Virus record (IMG/VR): IMGVR_UViG_3300003873_000002
Span: 64,001 to 128,000 of that record
Source of the DNA: a virus
DNA: 64,000 nt
Reading direction: 5' to 3' (one strand)
Position 1 is the stretch's first letter. Each line of letters opens with the position of its first letter. The notes beneath the pieces were generated by a model, which was given only the letters and a program-made list of their open reading frames with translations, ran no database searches and had not been told where the DNA came from. Shown here one piece after another: positions 30,510-38,830 of this stretch. A program made the translations under genes and the position numbers.

Positions 30510-32600
30510 TTAAGGGGCTGATTGTATTGCTTTTTGCTTTGGTACAAGCACTGATGATGTATTGTTTAAGAATAAGTCATTCCTGCCGTTGAAACCCCAA
30601 ACCCACACTTTGTGCTCACTATCTAATGCTACTACAAATTTTCCATGATCAGCACCAGAACATTTTAAATCAATGATATTTACATCATCTGATAAATGGA
30701 CTCTTGTAAATCTATTTACGGGTTTATTTGACCCTATCCCGAGTAACCCAAAATCATTAAACCCACATGAATACAAATTATTGTTTTCATCCTTAATAAA
30801 CATAGCATTTCTATAGGATTCTGTATAAGAATCATAACCATTCATAAATAATTTAGTAATCTTTTTATTCGTATTAACTAATGTTGGTTCATAAACATTA
30901 TGAGGTAAATTTAACCCTAATTGATAAGATTTATTATAACCCCATGCATATAAATCACCATCAACACCTAGAACAAAAATAGACGCAGGTCCACCACCAA
31001 ATACTGAAATTTCTTTAGCTTCTTTTGGTAGAACAGATTGAATTAAAAATGGCTTAACTATATCAATATCTTGTGTGTGGATATCAATTATATTGTTATT
31101 TTTATCATAGATGTAACCGCTTCCGATTTGTCCCCAGTTATTATTTCCGCATGTTAGATACATTGCGTCTTTATTTTTTAATTTTCTATAACAGAGTAAA
31201 AATGATTGTGAATTATAGTCATAAACAGTATTATCGAAATCAGTTGGGTCATCTTTATATTCATATGATCCATCAAGATAACCATTTGAACTATAACCGT
31301 TTACACCATAGAACTCAATTTCCTCATCATTATTTACATGCCCACCCCAAGCTGCAGTAACCAATTCAAATTGATATCGATCAATTTTATCACCTGTACC
31401 TAAATTCCCATTGTGATTATAACCAGCAGCATAAATTTGACCACCTTTTAAAAGCACTATTGTACTTGCATATCTATTTCCAATTGGCCAAATTTTTTCT
31501 ATTGTATTTTCAACGAAGAATGATACAACAGTAAAGACATTAACATGTCTTGTGCCAACTTCTAGAATATCACCAATTCCCATATTACCATATTCATTGA
31601 ATCCACTTGCGTACGCAAGACCATCTTTTTTAATAATCCACGTTGAACTATAATTAATATGTATCCCTGGTGAAATTGGTCTATAGAATGTAACAACATC
31701 AGTTTCAACAAGTTCGGGCACCATAATGGGGTCGTTATGTCCTGCACCACAAGCACCTGTTTTATTATGACCCCATGCCCAAAGATTTCCTGAATCAAAT
31801 AATACAAAACTTTCAGCACCCGACATATCAGATTTTACGTATTTTCCTGTTTCGCCAGGGAACGCTAATCGAAATGAGTTCTGCGCATCATATGTTCCAT
31901 CACCCTTAGGATTATTCTTGACTGTACCACCAAAAACCCACATTTCATCAAGAACTGTTCTAACCATAGAATTACTAAATGACGATCTACTACAAATTTC
32001 AACAGTATCAATACATGATTTAGTTGTTGGTTTTGGTGCAGTTTTCATATCAATGTATTTTTTTGCATTTAGGTATGTTGCTTTATCACCATTATTGGCG
32101 TAGATTTCACATTGATTTATTACATCCATGTCAGAATCTTTTGCAAATTTTTCGGCTGCAGCCAATGTTTCTGTGTCACCTCCATCTGCATATGCTCTGT
32201 CGCTGTTTGATTTATCGTTTAATTTTTTATCTACAATAACGTTATAATCATTTATAGTTTTTTTCTCTGATTCACTGATAAATTTGCGAATTACTTCATT
32301 GAATTGGTTTATTTCAGTTGTGTAGTAATTTTTGAGTTCGTTTTTTACATTTAAAACAGAGTTATCAGTATAAATTGTTGATTGCTCATAAATATAACCT
32401 TCGGGATTTCCACCGGTAAGTATAATTTGCATAACTCTATAAAGTTCTTTTATATTAAGTTGCAATTCGAGTGGTGCAAGATTTAGATTTCTACCAGATA
32501 ATTGGTCATATTTGTTTTTATCATTACCTTCATAGAATGTAAAAATATTTTCAACAGGCAGTTTTAAAATAGTTTCTTGTGTAATAGTGGATTTTGGCAT
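30510..32600 (-). CDS. RCC1-repeat beta-propeller adhesin (FYEG-anchor family)
   Basis: Repeated L(W/Y)AWG.N..G.LG.G RCC1 motifs; N-terminal LPVENIFTFYEG; AAGGA RBS. Confidence 0.85.
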   Translation of the reverse strand: MPKSTITQETILKLPVENIFTFYEGNDKNKYDQLSGRNLNLAPLELQLNIKELYRVMQIILTGGNPEGYIYEQSTIYTDNSVLNVKNELKNYYTTEINQFNEVIRKFISESEKKTINDYNVIVDKKLNDKSNSDRAYADGGDTETLAAAEKFAKDSDMDVINQCEIYANNGDKATYLNAKKYIDMKTAPKPTTKSCIDTVEICSRSSFSNSMVRTVLDEMWVFGGTVKNNPKGDGTYDAQNSFRLAFPGETGKYVKSDMSGAESFVLFDSGNLWAWGHNKTGACGAGHNDPIMVPELVETDVVTFYRPISPGIHINYSSTWIIKKDGLAYASGFNEYGNMGIGDILEVGTRHVNVFTVVSFFVENTIEKIWPIGNRYASTIVLLKGGQIYAAGYNHNGNLGTGDKIDRYQFELVTAAWGGHVNNDEEIEFYGVNGYSSNGYLDGSYEYKDDPTDFDNTVYDYNSQSFLLCYRKLKNKDAMYLTCGNNNWGQIGSGYIYDKNNNIIDIHTQDIDIVKPFLIQSVLPKEAKEISVFGGGPASIFVLGVDGDLYAWGYNKSYQLGLNLPHNVYEPTLVNTNKKITKLFMNGYDSYTESYRNAMFIKDENNNLYSCGFNDFGLLGIGSNKPVNRFTRVHLSDDVNIIDLKCSGADHGKFVVALDSEHKVWVWGFNGRNDLFLNNTSSVLVPKQKAIQSAP

Positions 32601-32968
32601 TTCTTTTTCCTTTGTACTTAACGATTATTTAATCCAAACATCTTTCTATTATTTTGAAAACTGTACAGATTACATCAATTCCTTTAATTTAAATCAATTT
32701 CAATTGAATCAATTGTTTCAATTAATTCATTTTTAATAAAATAAATTAGCATATTTTTACAGCAGTATTTAATATTTGTATATCATATGGTTATCTGGTT
32801 ATCTAAATATTTGTATTATTTGTATTTGTGTTGTCTAAATACCAAAATATATGAATAATGTATTCTGACTCAATAAAAATTATAAAATCATAAATTCTAC
32901 ATATTGTTCCAAAATGGAACTCAATTTTCCCTAAAACAGAAATCACCTTTTTTTCGAGGAATCAGCTG

Positions 32969-33706
32969 TAACTTGTTGATTCTTTATTTTAAGAATCAGC
33001 TGTAACTTGTTGATTTTACATATATACCTTCCCATTTAGAATGTATTTGTTTTTCTTTTAAAATCAACAAGTTACCTCGTTTTTCCCACATGTTTTCTTC
33101 GAAAATCTGAAAACAAATTTTGTTTAAAATCAACAAGTTAACATGAAAATTTTCAAGTGCGCAAAAAACGCATCGATTTTGCCATGTTTTTAGAGCACCA
33201 TAAAAAAAGCGCATTTTTTAACTTGTTGATTTTAAATGAAAAACATCAAATTTGTACACTATGTAAAATTAGAAACACTTTTCTATATAAAATATATATT
33301 ACTAAGTAACATATATGTTTCAGATGTAATGGCAAACCGGCCCGGATTTGGGACTGCCTGCCTGGATGGGTGGGTGTGGTGTAATGAGTGAAGTGTATTT
33401 GAGATAGTTGAATACAATTTCCAAAAACTTTTTTTACGTGTACAGATTTGACCTTTTCTGTTTAAATTCAACAAGTTATTGGATTCTCTAGATATCACAA
33501 TTTTTAACCTTTTGTTGTACAGATTTAGTGTTTTTTGTTTAAATTCAACGAGTTAATGATTTCATGGTTCCAAAAACTTTTTTCTACGTGTACAGATTTG
33601 ACCTTTTCTGTTTAAATTCAACGAGTTATTGCATCTTTTGTTGTGGTTTATTTTTTTTCCCATGAGTTTGGATTTTGGATATTTTCTATTTAAAGTCAAT
33701 AAGTTA
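32969..33706. promoter_or_regulatory. Array of nine IHF-consensus-like sites (WATCAANNNNTTR)
   Basis: AATCAACAAGTTA at 32969(-), 33003(-), 33062(+), 33128(+), 33219(-); one-mismatch variants at 33466, 33543, 33616, 33694 (+). Confidence 0.7.
33421..33630 (+). repeat. ~60-bp iteron-like direct repeats
   Basis: CCAAAAACTTTTTT(C)TACGTGTACAGATTTGACCTTTTCTGTTTAAATTCAAC(A/G)AGTTATT at 33421 and 33570, partial copy at ~33516-33555. Confidence 0.9.
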
Positions 33707-34066
33707 TTGGTTTTTAGTGCATTTTATGTGACATTCATGAGCATTGAATTAATCTGACTAAATTGAACTGAACCAATATTACATAACACATACAGATATG
33801 TTTAGATAGTTTAAATATAGTTTAAACTTCATATAACGCGCTGTATGAGACGATCTCTTTAAAAATGACATATGATATGACAATAAAAAAATAATCACAT
33901 ACTGAGCTTTATTTTAAAAATGATTTATTTTATAATTTATAAAATTTTGTTTTAATTTGTTTAAATTAAGATATAGACTTCAAAAGTATTAAATAACATT
34001 GATTAACATTGATTAATACATCAGATCAATTATGTAAAATAAAATAAAGGAAAATAAGGAATTTAA

Positions 34067-34555
34067 ATGGAAAATATTAAATTGTCCAAGAACTTCACAT
34101 TAAGCGAGTTTCTTAAATCTTCTACTGCCTCAAGATTGGGGATTAATAATACACCAACACAGGAAATTGTCGATAATTTAAAAGATTTATGCGAAAATGT
34201 GCTTCAGCCAGCTAGGGACCATTTTGGTGCAATTAAAATTAATTCTGGTTATAGATCAGCAGAACTTTGTGAGGCCATTGGATCCACATCTCATTCAAAT
34301 CATACATTAGGGTTCGCTGCAGATGTTGAAACAAATGTCCCTAATATTGAATTATTAAATTGGTTTTATGATAATGTTGAATATAAAGAACTTATTGGTG
34401 AGTATTTTGGTGAGAATCCTAGTGATGGCTGGGTCCATATCGCATATCAAAAAGGTAACAATAAAGGCGAGCTAAAAATCAAAACTAAGGATATTAATTA
34501 CAAAAGAGTCGATATCAATGAATTAAATGAAATATGTGGGTACACTGGGGTATAA
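34067..34555 (+). CDS. Peptidase M15 family endolysin
   Basis: LSKNFTLSEF..S, INSGYRS, SNHTLG.AAD, WVHI zinc-binding motifs. Confidence 0.9.
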   Translation: MENIKLSKNFTLSEFLKSSTASRLGINNTPTQEIVDNLKDLCENVLQPARDHFGAIKINSGYRSAELCEAIGSTSHSNHTLGFAADVETNVPNIELLNWFYDNVEYKELIGEYFGENPSDGWVHIAYQKGNNKGELKIKTKDINYKRVDINELNEICGYTGV

Positions 34556-35129
34556 AATGAAAATGCTTGAACAGATCATCAATAATATCAAAAACGATAT
34601 GATAATAGAAACTGCAGAAGTCAATGATACACTTAAAAACATGAAATCTCAAAAAGATATTTTTATTCTTATAATTGGTGGTTCTGGATCAGGTAAAAAC
34701 TATTTCTATGAAAAAAATCTTAAAAACATCCCATTGGTCGATAATGATGCGATTACAAAAAAATTATCTGGTGGTGATTTTGAGAAAGCAAGAAAGCTCG
34801 TTTCTAAAGCAACATCTATTGCAAATAAAATGCTAACAGACGCATTTAATGAGAAAAAAAGTGTATGCCAGGTTTCAACTGGCACAAACGAAAAAGCAGT
34901 TTTTAATAAATTTAAAAAGGCTAAAGATGCGGGGATGAAGACTGGGTTGATACTCATTGACGCAGATATTAACGATGCACAAAAAAGAAATGTAAATAGG
35001 GCTAGTGGTGGCAAACAGGGCCTTGTGCCTGATTGGAAAGTAGAAAAAACAAACATCGCGGCCAAAAAAACATATAAAAATATCAAAAACAACAACGTGG
35101 TTGATTTCGCATTTATTGCAAAAAATTAA
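34527..35129 (+). CDS. P-loop kinase (zeta-toxin/AAA_33-like)
   Basis: Walker A GGSGSGKN, VDND, RN..R lid; real start likely 34557 or 34563. Confidence 0.7.
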   Translation: MKYVGTLGYKMKMLEQIINNIKNDMIIETAEVNDTLKNMKSQKDIFILIIGGSGSGKNYFYEKNLKNIPLVDNDAITKKLSGGDFEKARKLVSKATSIANKMLTDAFNEKKSVCQVSTGTNEKAVFNKFKKAKDAGMKTGLILIDADINDAQKRNVNRASGGKQGLVPDWKVEKTNIAAKKTYKNIKNNNVVDFAFIAKN

Positions 35130-35256
35130 AAGCTTCTAATACATTATACAAACAGTATACAAACAGTATACAAACGGTATACAAACAGTATACAAACACT
35201 TCAGTGACCATAGCTTGACCATAGCTTGACCATATAAGTTTAAAGACATCAATGAT

Positions 35257-35311
35257 AATCAATAAGTTGTGCTCATTTAGAGATTAGTGTAAATGACATA
35301 ACTTATTGATT
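35257..35311. promoter_or_regulatory. Inverted repeat made of two opposed IHF-consensus sites upstream of flagellin
   Basis: AATCAATAAGTTG(tgc)TCATTTA-N10-TAAATGA(ca)TAACTTATTGATT. Confidence 0.6.
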
Positions 35312-35379
35312 TTGATAATAAAAACACTTATTTAACTATTTAAACACAGATAATTAAAAAAAATATTTGAAAATAATTG

Positions 35380-35406
35380 TAACGTTTTTTGTTAAAAGGC
35401 CGATAT
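35380..35406 (+). promoter_or_regulatory. sigma28 (FliA) promoter
   Basis: TAACGTTT-N11-GCCGATAT versus consensus TAAAGTTT-N11-GCCGATAA; exact spacing, 62 nt before the flagellin ATG. Confidence 0.85.
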
Positions 35407-35468
35407 ATAATATAAGAGAGAAACAATTAAAACAATTAAAAATATTTTTAAATTAAGGGAGAATTATC

Positions 35469-36293
35469 ATGTCAATGGTTATCAACACAAATATGGGTTC
35501 AGAAAACGCAGTTCGTTTATTGGATCAATCAAGTCGTGAACAAAAAACAGCCATGGAGCGTTTAACCTCAGGTTTGCGAATCAATCATACTGCTGATGAT
35601 GCGGGAGGTGCCGCCGTTGTTGTTAGAATGGATTCACAAGTTAAAGGCATCGATATGTCGGTTCGAAACTCAAAAGATGGTATTAACTTGATTCAAACAA
35701 TGGATGGTGCCGCACAAGAAGTTGTGAATATGCTACAACGCATTCGTGAATTGGGTGTGCAAGCAGCTAACGAAACTTACACCTCAGCTCAAAGAAATCA
35801 AATGAACCAAGAAGTGAGTCAATTAAAAACAGAAATTGACCGGGTGGCTAAAACCACTAAATTTAATGGTATTGCCTTAATGAATGGGTCAAATAAAGTT
35901 TTAAGTTTCCAAGCTGGTTGGGAGACTGCTGCAGAAAATACCATTAGTGTTAGTACTTTTAACTTTAGTAAAGGAAATATGTCTGTTGGAGTAGCAAAAA
36001 TTACCACTCAAGCATTAGCGCTTTCTGCCATTGGAAAAGTCGATATTGATTTATCAAAAATCAATAAAATCCGAGCTAAATGGGGTGCTGTACAAAACCG
36101 CTTTGAACACACTATTACAAATCTTAATAATGTAAACGAAAATATCAAAGCCTCAAGAAGCCAGATTCAAGATACTAATTTTGCAAAAGAGAGTGCTGCG
36201 CTAGCCAAAACACAGGTGTTGCAACAGGCAGGAATGAGTATGTTAACACAATCAAATCAAAATAGCAAACAAGTGTTGAGTTTATTGAGATAA
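35469..36293 (+). CDS. fliC: Flagellin (minimal D0/D1 type)
   Basis: MVINTN, MERLTSGLRIN..ADDAGG, MLQRIRELGVQAAN, TKFNG, GAVQNRFEH, SRSQIQDTNFAKE, QVLQQAGMSML.Q.NQ....VLSLLR. Confidence 0.97.
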   Translation: MSMVINTNMGSENAVRLLDQSSREQKTAMERLTSGLRINHTADDAGGAAVVVRMDSQVKGIDMSVRNSKDGINLIQTMDGAAQEVVNMLQRIRELGVQAANETYTSAQRNQMNQEVSQLKTEIDRVAKTTKFNGIALMNGSNKVLSFQAGWETAAENTISVSTFNFSKGNMSVGVAKITTQALALSAIGKVDIDLSKINKIRAKWGAVQNRFEHTITNLNNVNENIKASRSQIQDTNFAKESAALAKTQVLQQAGMSMLTQSNQNSKQVLSLLR

Positions 36294-36340
36294 TAAGGTA
36301 TAATACATAAAGAGAAATAAAAAATAAAACGAGCACTATT

Positions 36341-36757
36341 ATGAAAATCGATCCTATTAATGTTGTACAGACGCGTATTATTATGGCACAAGAAAACTCA
36401 AATAAAGAAAATACAAAAATACTTGATTTGAATGCAAAAAAAGAACGAGGTGATTCTGTCGATATAAGTCTTGAGGCATATAAAAGACTATCAAAAAATA
36501 AACCTATTGAAAATAGGAAAACTGATGGTACTAGCACTAATGGGATTACAAAAGACCACAACCAACCAAACATTCTAGACCATAAACAAACACAAATGAT
36601 GTTTGTAAAAAAGGAAGGTGTTAAGGATATGGTTGTAGTATTTAAAGATAAAAAGACTGGCGATGTAGTAGCAGAAATACCGAGCAAAAATGCAATTGAG
36701 AATAATAAAAGACTTAAAAATTTTTTAGATAACATTACACTCGATTTATTAGCTTAA
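36341..36757 (+). CDS. flaG: FlaG-like flagellar protein
   Basis: C-terminal MVVVFKDKKTGDVVAEIPS matches the FlaG VV.V.D..TGEVIRQIP motif; directly downstream of flagellin as in bacterial fliC-flaG loci. Confidence 0.75.
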   Translation: MKIDPINVVQTRIIMAQENSNKENTKILDLNAKKERGDSVDISLEAYKRLSKNKPIENRKTDGTSTNGITKDHNQPNILDHKQTQMMFVKKEGVKDMVVVFKDKKTGDVVAEIPSKNAIENNKRLKNFLDNITLDLLA

Positions 36758-36810
36758 ATACATTGAAATACAATGAGACACATCAATAAAATCAATCTAT
36801 GGGGACAACA

Positions 36811-36921
36811 ATGACAGTAACAGAGATTAAGGAAAAGATTAGAATAGCTGAATCATCAGGTGATATTAATGAAGCTAATAAACTGAGAGAAGAATTGGCA
36901 AAAATGGTAGTTAATTCGTGA
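36811..36921 (+). CDS. Small hypothetical protein (36 aa, below track cutoff)
   Basis: GGGGA RBS, MTVTEIKEKIRIAESSGDINEANKLREELAKMVVNS; stop overlaps next GTG. Confidence 0.45.
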   Translation: MTVTEIKEKIRIAESSGDINEANKLREELAKMVVNS

Positions 36922-37133
36922 TTGAAGAAATTAACTTAGACCGCATTAATTCTAATAAAAAAATTATCACAATTCTCACTTCGGTTGGCATTAAAACCAA
37001 TGGGGCAAAAAAGTGGTTAGTGGATAATACTGATGATATTATAGGAGTGTTGCAACAAAATAATGAACCATATATATTCACAATAAAAGAATATGAATTA
37101 TTGCGCACTGAATTAATTAAAAAACAAAAATAA
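36918..37133 (+). CDS. Hypothetical protein
   Basis: 71 aa ORF in operon. Confidence 0.5.
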   Translation: MIEEINLDRINSNKKIITILTSVGIKTNGAKKWLVDNTDDIIGVLQQNNEPYIFTIKEYELLRTELIKKQK

Positions 37134-37161
37134 CCAATACAATTATGCGTCTGAAGAACCA

Positions 37162-37779
37162 ATGAAATATCGATATAAAACTTCATCTTTATCTGTGAAT
37201 AGATTGCAGAGACTTAGTATGCACTCAATGTTTCAAAACGAAACAAAAATTAGAGCCAGAGGGGTTGGTGGGTTTAAGTATATAGGGTACAGATTTGTTT
37301 ATCACACCACCTCATCCCAGCGATTTAAAAAAAGATGGAAGAATTTAGAAGGTACACCACTTGAGGTGCATATTAAATTGTATTTTTATGTAACTGGGGC
37401 CAAATATAAAGGCAAAAAGCGCGAAAGGTATTTGATTTGTGCTCAATTTCCATATAGTCGTGATTTCAAAACACTTAAAAATTTATATGATTTACCCGTA
37501 AAATTATTTTCATCAGACCCATCATTTAAGTATTATTTTTCATATGCACTGAATAAACATAATGCTGTCATAACAGATGAAAATGTTATATTAAGACATC
37601 TCGGAAAATCTTTAACAAATATACCAAAAAAACGGAACCCAAACCTTAATACAGAACTCACAAAACATTTTTATAAATTTTTTATATTTGCAAAAACAAA
37701 AAGACCAAATGATATATTAAAAAAACAATATAACCTTGGTAAAAAATTTAATATGCCAATTAAAAATAAAAATGTGTAA
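37162..37779 (+). CDS. Basic hypothetical protein
   Basis: 205 aa, Lys/Arg-rich. Confidence 0.55.
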   Translation: MKYRYKTSSLSVNRLQRLSMHSMFQNETKIRARGVGGFKYIGYRFVYHTTSSQRFKKRWKNLEGTPLEVHIKLYFYVTGAKYKGKKRERYLICAQFPYSRDFKTLKNLYDLPVKLFSSDPSFKYYFSYALNKHNAVITDENVILRHLGKSLTNIPKKRNPNLNTELTKHFYKFFIFAKTKRPNDILKKQYNLGKKFNMPIKNKNV

Positions 37780-37840
37780 TTTATTTGATAATTAAATAAT
37801 TTTAATACAACAAACATAACAAACACAATAAGGCTAAACG

Positions 37841-38035
37841 ATGTTAAGACAAATAATAAAAGAAGCACTTAGTGGTGATAGAGAACAATATATAAAATAT
37901 TTTAACGGTTTACTTGATAAATATAACGTATCATCACCGAGCGAACTTTCAGTTAAAGACAAAGCAAAATTTTTTAATGATGTTGATGCTGGTTGGGTGT
38001 CAAAAAAGGAATTAGCAAAAAAGAAAAATAAATAA
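37841..38035 (+). CDS. Small conserved T4-like phage protein (possible internal head protein)
   Basis: Y..YFN.LL.KY.V.SPSELS..DK.KFFN.VD..W; N-terminal IIKEA; preceded by ATTAAATAA. Confidence 0.55.
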   Translation: MLRQIIKEALSGDREQYIKYFNGLLDKYNVSSPSELSVKDKAKFFNDVDAGWVSKKELAKKKNK

Positions 38036-38165
38036 ATATCAAGAAAGGAAATAAAAGCATGAAGGATTTTTTTAAAAAAATTTTAAAAATTATTAGCCCT
38101 ACTAAAAAAACAAACGATAATTTTTCATCATACCGCAGAACTACTAGACGCCATATAAATAAATA

Positions 38166-38230
38166 ATAAACTGTTATAAACTGTTATAAACTGTTATAAA
38201 CTGTTATAAACTGTTATAAACTGCTGTAAA
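38166..38230. repeat. Tandem repeat (CTGTTATAAA)x5 plus a variant
   Basis: Direct reading. Confidence 0.95.
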
Positions 38231-38232
38231 AA

Positions 38233-38745
38233 ATGAATATAAAACACTCCCATACAGATTTGATGATTTTGAACCGCAAAGATATAAAAACAGTGCGTTC
38301 ATATTTGTTATCAATACAAAATTCAATATGCCCATTATGTGGGTATCATATAGATGAAGCTGATGCAGTTCTTGACCACCAACACCGGACAAAATTGGAA
38401 ACAATCGGTGTTAATGGCGCTGGTCTTGTAAGAGGTGTTCTTCATAGGAATTGTAATTCAGCTGAAGGTCAATTGCTTAGCAAATTTAAGCGAAGTGGTG
38501 TTAAAGATATTAAATTCGCTGATTTCCTTAGAAAACTTGCTAATTATTACGAAGAAACTAATTATAATTTAATACACCCTAACGAAACAGAAGCCCCCGC
38601 TAAAATGGGTAAAAGACTATTTAATAGAATATCAAAAGCATATAGTGTTAAATACCCTAAAAGAAAACCACTCGAATATCCCAAATCAGGGTTATTAACT
38701 AAAAAATTCCAAGATTTAATCGAAGAATTGGAAATTAGCAAATAA
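38233..38745 (+). CDS. Recombination endonuclease VII (T4 gp49-like)
   Basis: QNSICPLC, VLDHQH, VRGVLHRNCNSAEG, LRKLANY, IHP. Confidence 0.9.
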   Translation: MNIKHSHTDLMILNRKDIKTVRSYLLSIQNSICPLCGYHIDEADAVLDHQHRTKLETIGVNGAGLVRGVLHRNCNSAEGQLLSKFKRSGVKDIKFADFLRKLANYYEETNYNLIHPNETEAPAKMGKRLFNRISKAYSVKYPKRKPLEYPKSGLLTKKFQDLIEELEISK

Positions 38746-38773
38746 AAAAATAAAAAAAAATAAAAAATAACTG

Positions 38774-38802
38774 TTGACTTGTATCAAGAAATATAGTATA
38801 AT
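38774..38802 (+). promoter_or_regulatory. sigma70-type promoter with A-tract UP element
   Basis: TTGACT-N17-TATAAT. Confidence 0.75.
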
Positions 38803-38830
38803 AATCTTATTAAAAATTTAGGAGATTACT

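Larger units (their letters stand above)
32601..34066. other. Non-coding strand-switch region; putative replication origin or packaging site
   Basis: Coding strand flips here; clustered IHF-like sites, direct repeats and a GC-rich island. Confidence 0.55.

Noticed and set aside
1019-32239. Numerous plus-strand ORFs in the left arm (e.g. 1565-2071, 16620-16970, 26323-26796) and minus-strand ORFs in the right arm
   Set aside because: Antisense shadows of long real genes, with Ile/Leu/Ser/Phe-rich composition typical of reverse frames
13462-32600. Shufflon or diversity-generating retroelement acting on fibres
   Set aside because: No invertase or reverse transcriptase, no inverted cassettes and no adenine-specific TR/VR pair seen in this window
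32996-33498. ORFs 32996-33214 and 33283-33498
   Set aside because: Short, no clear RBS, built from the repeat motifs; likely spurious
32959-33710. CRISPR array
   Set aside because: Repeats occur in both orientations with irregular spacing and lengths and there are no uniform spacers or cas genes; an IHF/iteron-like interpretation fits better
35469-36757. Flagellin as bacterial chromosome flanking a prophage
   Set aside because: Flanked on both sides by phage genes in the same orientation and by the phage-typical tandem repeats, with no fliD/fliS or other host genes; chimerism still needs a read-level check
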